From contig OZ059895.1 in the NCBI GenBank assembly GCA_964057225.1, positions 2,046,001 to 2,110,000 of the forward strand: a stretch of 64,000 bases of DNA, in the 5' to 3' direction. Each line of letters starts with the position of its first letter. Position 1 is the stretch's first letter. The translations under genes and the position numbers were made by a program. The notes beneath the pieces are model-generated. The model saw nothing but the letters and a program-made list of their open reading frames with translations. It did no database searches and had not been told where the DNA came from. This document shows positions 56,500-64,000 of the stretch, in pieces. The stretch is from Auanema rhodensis. Taxonomy: Eukaryota > Animalia > Nematoda.

Positions 56500-59400
56500 G
56501 TCAAAATGTTTTTGGAAGCAATGTTGAGTGTACATGGAAACTCAACATACACTAATGCATCATTTTTCAAACGATCATAACTAATTTTTGTATTAAGCGT
56601 TTCTCAATGTAGTATAGTGCATTCGATGCGGATTTTTAAGCTGCGTCGATCTGTGTTATCAGATTTGCGCTAGCTTAAAAATGCACCGAGATATCAACTG
56701 ATATAAGTTCACACTTATATCCTCGATTTTCACCCTGAAGAATTAATTTTTTCGTTGAATAACATTGTCCTTCGTCTTTGCCTTGAAAAAAGGAATCTAA
56801 AAACATCTACTTTTTGCTAAATTATTTTGAAATTTTTCGAAAAAATTTTTGTCAAAATGTTTTTGGAAGCAATGTTGAGTGTACATGGAAACTCAACATA
56901 CACTAATGCATCATTTTTCAAACGATCATAACTAATTTTCGTATTAAGCGTTTCTCAATGTAGTATAGTGCATTCGATGCGGATTTTTAAGCTGCGTCGA
57001 TCTGTGTTATCAGATTTGCGCTAGCTTAAAAATGCACCGAGATATCAACTGATATAAGTTCACACTTATATCCTCGATTTTCACCCTGAAGAATTTATTT
57101 TTTCGTTGAATAACATTGTCCTTCGTCTTTGCCTTGTAAAAAGGAATCTAAAAACATCTACTTTTTGCTAAATTATTTTGAAATTTTTCGAAAAAATTTT
57201 TGTCAAAATGTTTTTGGAAGCAATGTTGAGTGTACATGGAAACTCAACATACACTAATGCATCATTTTTCAAACGATCATAACTAATTTTCGTATTAAGC
57301 GTTTCTCAATGTAGTATAGTGCATTCGATGCGGATTTTTAAGCTGCGTCGATTCGTGTTATCAGATTTGCGCTAGCTTAAAAATGCACCGAGATATCAAC
57401 TGATATAAGTTCACACTTATATCCTCGATTTTCACCCTGAAGAATTAATTTTTTCGTTGAATAACATCGTCCATCGTCTTTGCCTTGAAAAATGGAATCT
57501 AAAAACATCTACTTTTTGCTAAATTATTTTGAAATTTTTCGAAAAAATTTTTGTCAAAATGTTTTTGGAAGCAATGTTGAGTGTACATGAAAACTCAACA
57601 TACACTAATGCATCATTTTTCAAACGATTATAACTAATTTTTGTATTAAGCTTTTCTCAATGTAGTATAGTGCATTCGATGCGGATTTTTAAGCTGCGTC
57701 GATCTGTGTTATCAGATTTGCGCTAGCTTAAAAATGCACCGAGATATCAACTGATATAAGTTCACACTTATATTCTTGATTTTCACCCTGAAGAATTAAT
57801 TTTTTCGTTGAATAACATTGTCCATCGTCTTTGCCTTGAAAAATGGAATCTAAAAACATCTACTTTTTGCTAAATTATTTTGAAATTTTTCGAAAAAATT
57901 TTTGTCAAAATGTTTTTGGAAGCAATGTTGAGTGTACATGGAAACTCAACATACACTAATGCATCATTTTTCAAACGATCATAACTAATTTTTGTATTAA
58001 GCGTTTCTCAATGTAGTATAGTGCATTCGATGCGGATTTTTAAGCTGCGTCGATCTGTGTTATCAGATTTGCGCTAGCTTAAAAATGCACCGAGATATCA
58101 ACTGATATAAGTTCACACTTATATCCTCGATTTTCACCCTGAAGAATTAATTTTTTCGTTGAATAACATTGTCCTTCGTCTTTGCCTTGAAAAAAGGAAT
58201 CTAAAAACATCTACTTTTTGCTAAATTATTTTGAAATTTTTCGAAAAAATTTTTGTCAAAATGTTTTTGGAAGCAATGTTGAGTGTACATGGAAACTCAA
58301 CATACACTAATGCATCATTTTTCAAACGATCATAACTAATTTTCGTATTAAGCGTTTCTCAATGTAGTATAGTGCATTCGATGCGGATTTTTAAGCTGCG
58401 TCGATCTGTGTTATCAGATTTGCGCTAGCTTAAAAATGCACCGAGATATCAACTGATATAAGTTCACACTTATATCCTCGATTTTCACCCTGAAGAATTT
58501 ATTTTTTCGTTGAATAACATTGTCCTTCGTCTTTGCCTTGTAAAAAGGAATCTAAAAACATCTACTTTTTGCTAAATTATTTTGAAATTTTTCGAAAAAA
58601 TTTTTGTCAAAATGTTTTTGGAAGCAATGTTGAGTGTACATGGAAACTCAACATACACTAATGCATCATTTTTCAAACGATCATAACTAATTTTCGTATT
58701 AAGCGTTTCTCAATGTAGTATAGTGCATTCGATGCGGATTTTTAAGCTGCGTCGATTCGTGTTATCAGATTTGCGCTAGCTTAAAAATGCACCGAGATAT
58801 CAACTGATATAAGTTCACACTTATATCCTCGATTTTCACCCTGAAGAATTAATTTTTTCGTTGAATAACATCGTCCATCGTCTTTGCCTTGAAAAATGGA
58901 ATCTAAAAACATCTACTTTTTGCTAAATTATTTTGAAATTTTTCGAAAAAATTTTTGTCAAAATGTTTTTGGAAGCAATGTTGAGTGTACATGAAAACTC
59001 AACATACACTAATGCATCATTTTTCAAACGATTATAACTAATTTTTGTATTAAGCTTTTCTCAATGTAGTATAGTGCATTCGATGCGGATTTTTAAGCTG
59101 CGTCGATCTGTGTTATCAGATTTGCGCTAGCTTAAAAATGCACCGAGATATCAACTGATATAAGTTCACACTTATATTCTTGATTTTCACCCTGAAGAAT
59201 TAATTTTTTCGTTGAATAACATTGTCCATCGTCTTTGCCTTGAAAAATGGAATCTAAAAACATCTACTTTTTGCTAAATTATTTTGAAATTTTTCGAAAA
59301 AATTTTTGTCAAAATGTTTTTGGAAGCAATGTTGAGTGTACATGGAAACTCAACATACACTAATGCATCATTTTTCAAACGATCATAACTAATTTTTGTA

Positions 59401-61600
59401 TTAAGCGTTTCTCAATGTAGTATAGTGCATTCGATGCGGATTTTTAAGCTGCGTCGATCTGTGTTATCAGATTTGCGCTAGCTTAAAAATGCACCGAGAT
59501 ATCAACTGATATAAGTTCACACTTATATCCTCGATTTTCACCCTGAAGAATTAATTTTTTCGTTGAATAACATTGTCCTTCGTCTTTGCCTTGAAAAAAG
59601 GAATCTAAAAACATCTACTTTTTGCTAAATTATTTTGAAATTTTTCGAAAAAATTTTTGTCAAAATGTTTTTGGAAGCAATGTTGAGTGTACATGGAAAC
59701 TCAACATACACTAATGCATCATTTTTCAAACGATCATAACTAATTTTCGTATTAAGCGTTTCTCAATGTAGTATAGTGCATTCGATGCGGATTTTTAAGC
59801 TGCGTCGATCTGTGTTATCAGATTTGCGCTAGCTTAAAAATGCACCGAGATATCAACTGATATAAGTTCACACTTATATCCTCGATTTTCACCCTGAAGA
59901 ATTTATTTTTTCGTTGAATAACATTGTCCTTCGTCTTTGCCTTGTAAAAAGGAATCTAAAAACATCTACTTTTTGCTAAATTATTTTGAAATTTTTCGAA
60001 AAAATTTTTGTCAAAATGTTTTTGGAAGCAATGTTGAGTGTACATGGAAACTCAACATACACTAATGCATCATTTTTCAAACGATCATAACTAATTTTCG
60101 TATTAAGCGTTTCTCAATGTAGTATAGTGCATTCGATGCGGATTTTTAAGCTGCGTCGATTCGTGTTATCAGATTTGCGCTAGCTTAAAAATGCACCGAG
60201 ATATCAACTGATATAAGTTCACACTTATATCCTCGATTTTCACCCTGAAGAATTAATTTTTTCGTTGAATAACATCGTCCATCGTCTTTGCCTTGAAAAA
60301 TGGAATCTAAAAACATCTACTTTTTGCTAAATTATTTTGAAATTTTTCGAAAAAATTTTTGTCAAAATGTTTTTGGAAGCAATGTTGAGTGTACATGAAA
60401 ACTCAACATACACTAATGCATCATTTTTCAAACGATTATAACTAATTTTTGTATTAAGCTTTTCTCAATGTAGTATAGTGCATTCGATGCGGATTTTTAA
60501 GCTGCGTCGATCTGTGTTATCAGATTTGCGCTAGCTTAAAAATGCACCGAGATATCAACTGATATAAGTTCACACTTATATTCTTGATTTTCACCCTGAA
60601 GAATTAATTTTTTCGTTGAATAACATTGTCCATCGTCTTTGCCTTGAAAAATGGAATCTAAAAACATCTACTTTTTGCTAAATTATTTTGAAATTTTTCG
60701 AAAAAATTTTTGTCAAAATGTTTTTGGAAGCAATGTTGAGTGTACATGGAAACTCAACATACACTAATGCATCATTTTTCAAACGATCATAACTAATTTT
60801 TGTATTAAGCGTTTCTCAATGTAGTATAGTGCATTCGATGCGGATTTTTAAGCTGCGTCGATCTGTGTTATCAGATTTGCGCTAGCTTAAAAATGCACCG
60901 AGATATCAACTGATATAAGTTCACACTTATATCCTCGATTTTCACCCTGAAGAATTTATTTTTTCGTTGAATAACATTGTCCTTCGTCTTTGCCTTGAAA
61001 AAAGGAATCTAAAAACATCTACTTTTTGCTAAATTATTTTGAAATTTTTCGAAAAAATTTTTGTCAAAATGTTTTTGGAAGCAATGTTGAGTGTACATGG
61101 AAACTCAACATACACTAATGCATCATTTTTCAAACGATCATAACTAATTTTCGTATTAAGCGTTTCTCAATGTAGTATAGTGCATTCGATGCGGATTTTT
61201 AAGCTGCGTCGATCTGTGTTATCAGATTTGCGCTAGCTTAAAAATGCACCGAGATATCAACTGATATAAGTTCACACTTATATCCTCGATTTTCACCCTG
61301 AAGAATTTATTTTTTCGTTGAATAACATTGTCCTTCGTCTTTGCCTTGTAAAAAGGAATCTAAAAACATCTACTTTTTGCTAAATTATTTTGAAATTTTT
61401 CGAAAAAATTTTTGTCAAAATGTTTTTGGAAGCAATGTTGAGTGTACATGGAAACTCAACATACACTAATGCATCATTTTTCAAACGATCATAACTAATT
61501 TTCGTATTAAGCGTTTCTCAATGTAGTATAGTGCATTCGATGCGGATTTTTAAGCTGCGTCGATTCGTGTTATCAGATTTGCGCTAGCTTAAAAATGCAC
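56500..61600. repeat. 4-mer (1404-bp) higher-order repeat, about 3.5 copies
   Basis: GATTCGTG marker near 57353, 58757, 60161 and 61565 (also 55598). CATGAAAA/GATTATA/TATTCTTG monomers lie near 57590, 58994 and 60398. Confidence 0.9.
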
Positions 61601-64000
61601 CGAGATATCAACTGATATAAGTTCTCACTTATATCCTCGATTTTCACCCTGAAGAATTAATTTTTTCGTTGAATAACATTGTCCATCGTCTTTGCCTTGA
61701 AAAAAGGAATCTAAAAACATCTACTTTTGGCCAAATTATTTTGAAATTTTTCGAAAAAATTTTTGTCAAAATGTTTTTGGAAGCAATGTTGAGTGTACAT
61801 GGAAACTCAACATACACTAATGCATCATTTTTCAAACGATCATAACTAATTTTCGTATTAAGCGTTTCTCAATGTAGTATAGTGCATTCGATGCGGATTT
61901 TTAAGCTGCGTCGATCTGTGTTATCAGATTTGCGCTAGCTTAAAAATGCACCGAGATATCAACTGATATAAGTATAAGTTCACACTTATATCCTCGATTT
62001 TCACCCTGAAGAATTAATTTTTTCGTTGAATAACATTGTCCATCGTCTTTGCCTTGAAAAAAGGAATCTAAAAACATCTACTTTTTGCCAAATTATTTTG
62101 AAATTTTTCGAAAAAATTTTTGTCAAAATGTTTTTGGAAGCAATGTTGAGTGTACATGGAAACTCAACATACAATAATGCATCATTTTTCAAACGATCAT
62201 AACTAATTTTCGTATTAAGCGTTTCTCAATGTAGTATAGTGCATTCGATGCGGATTTTTAAGCTGCGTCGATCTGTGTTATCAGATTTGCGCTAGCTTAA
62301 AAATGCACCGAGATATCAACTGATATAAGTTCACACTTATATCCTCGATTTTCACCCTGAAGAATTTATTTTTTCGTTGAATAACATTGTCCTTCGTCTT
62401 TGCCTTGAAAAAAGGAATCTAAAAACATCTACTTTTTGCTAAATTATTTTGAAATTTTTCGAAAAAATTTTTGTCAAAATGTTTTTGGAAGCAATGTTGA
62501 GTGTACATGGAAACTCAACATACACTAATGCATCATTTTTCAAACGATCATAACTAATTTTCGTATTAAGCGTTTCTCAATGTAGTATAGTGCATTCGAT
62601 GCGGATTTTTAAGCTGCGTCGATCTGTGTTATCAGATTTGCGCTAGCTTAAAAATGCACCGAGATATCAACTGATATAAGTTTACACTTATATCCTCGAT
62701 TTTCACCCTGAAGAATTAATTTTTTCGTTGAATAACATTGTCCATCGTCTTTGCCTTGAAAAATGGAATCTAAAAACATCTACTTTGTGCTAAATTATTT
62801 CGAAATTTTTCGAAAAAATTTTTGTCAAAATGTTTTTGGAAGCAATGTTGAGTGTACATGGAAACTCAACATACACTAATGCATCATTTTTCAAACGATC
62901 ATAACTAATTTTTGTATTAAGCGTTTCTCAATGTAGTATAGTGCATTCGATGCGGATTTTTAAGCTGCGTCGATCTGTGTTATCAGATTTGCGCTAGCTT
63001 AAAAATGCACCGAGATATCAACTGATATAAGTTCACACTTATATCCTCGATTTTCACCCTGAAGAATTAATTTTTTCGTTGAATAACATCGTCCATCGTC
63101 TTTGCCTTGAAAAATGGAATCTAAAAACATCTACTTTTTGCTAAATTATTTTGAAATTTTTCGAAAAAATTTTTGTCAAAATGTTTTTGGAAGCAATGTT
63201 GAGTGTACATGGAAACTCAACATACACTAATGCATCATTTTTCAAACGATCATAACTAATTTTTGTATTAAGCGTTTCTCAATGTAGTATAGTGCATTCG
63301 ATGCGGATTTTTAAGCTGCGTCGATCTGTGTTATCAGATTTGCGCTAGCTTAAAAATGCACCGAGATATCAACTGATATAAGTTTACACTTATATCCTCG
63401 ATTTTCACCCTGAAGAATTAATTTTTTCGTTGAATAACATTGTCCATCGTCTTTGCCTTGAAAAATGGAATCTAAAAACATCTACTTTGTGCTAAATTAT
63501 TTCGAAATTTTTCGAAAAAATTTTTGTCAAAATGTTTTTGGAAGCAATGTTGAGTGTACATGGAAACTCAACATACACTAATGCATCATTTTTCAAACGA
63601 TCATAACTAATTTTTGTATTAAGCGTTTCTCAATGTAGTATAGTGCATTCGATGCGGATTTTTAAGCTGCGTCGATCTGTGTTATCAGATTTGCGCTAGC
63701 TTAAAAATGCACCGAGATATCAACTGATATAAGTTCACACTTATATCCTCGATTTTCACCCTGAAGAATTAATTTTTTCGTTGAATAACATCGTCCATCG
63801 TCTTTGCCTTGAAAAATGGAATCTAAAAACATCTACTTTTTGCTAAATTATTTTGAAATTTTTCGAAAAAATTTTTGTCAAAATGTTTTTGGAAGCAATG
63901 TTGAGTGTACATGGAAACTCAACATACACTAATGCATCATTTTTCAAACGATCATAACTAATTTTTGTATTAAGCGTTTCTCAATGTAGTATAGTGCATT

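Larger units (their letters stand above)
1..64000. repeat. Tandem satellite DNA array, 351-bp monomer, 182 full copies plus a partial copy, single orientation
   Basis: AAAATGTTTTTGGAAGCAAT recurs at 1, 352, 703 ... 7021 (=1+20x351) and 14041. The last monomer starts at 63880 = 1+182x351-3, which matches the indels seen (ten 1-bp deletions, one 1-bp insertion, one 6-bp duplication). Confidence 0.99.

Noticed and set aside
61644-61835. 63-aa minus-strand ORF as a gene
   Set aside because: It lies wholly within satellite monomers and exists only because T>C at 61732 removes a TAG found in the other copies. It has no recognisable domain and its K/F/I/N-rich composition mirrors the A/T tracts.
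62001-62192. Second 63-aa ORF as a gene
   Set aside because: It is the same artefact in the next monomer (T>C at 62089), offset by 357 bp.
1-64000. CRISPR array or repeat-spacer system
   Set aside because: There are no unique spacers, the entire 351-bp unit is repeated, and no cas or other genes are present.
1-64000. Assignment to a named ~350-360-bp insect satellite family
   Set aside because: Only length and AT content are similar. I cannot confirm sequence homology without a search.

Overview
The whole 64-kb window is one uninterrupted head-to-tail satellite DNA array with a 351-bp monomer. It holds 182 complete copies plus a 121-bp partial copy and is truncated at both window edges. A hand count of monomer 1 gives about 31% GC. 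Monomers usually differ from the consensus by only 0-5 substitutions. I see no genes, RNA genes, CRISPR spacers, inserted elements, inversions or unique sequence. The two 63-aa ORFs are by-products of one stop-removing SNP in two adjacent monomers. The interesting content is at two levels. (1) The monomer is packed with inverted repeats: a ~67-nt near-invariant hairpin, two 9-bp stems whose common variants mostly fall in the loops, a junction palindrome, and a long-range 10-bp inverted repeat. (2) Diagnostic variants record nested 2-, 3-, 4-, 5- and 7-mer higher-order units, a 10,878-bp (31-mer) tandem duplication, recombinant monomers, and a left-to-right replacement of variants including loss of the single HindIII site. 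It looks like a recently homogenised eukaryotic (peri)centromeric or heterochromatic satellite. I cannot name the family or the organism from the sequence. I found no protein-coding system. Variant positions were read by eye and may be off by a base or two.
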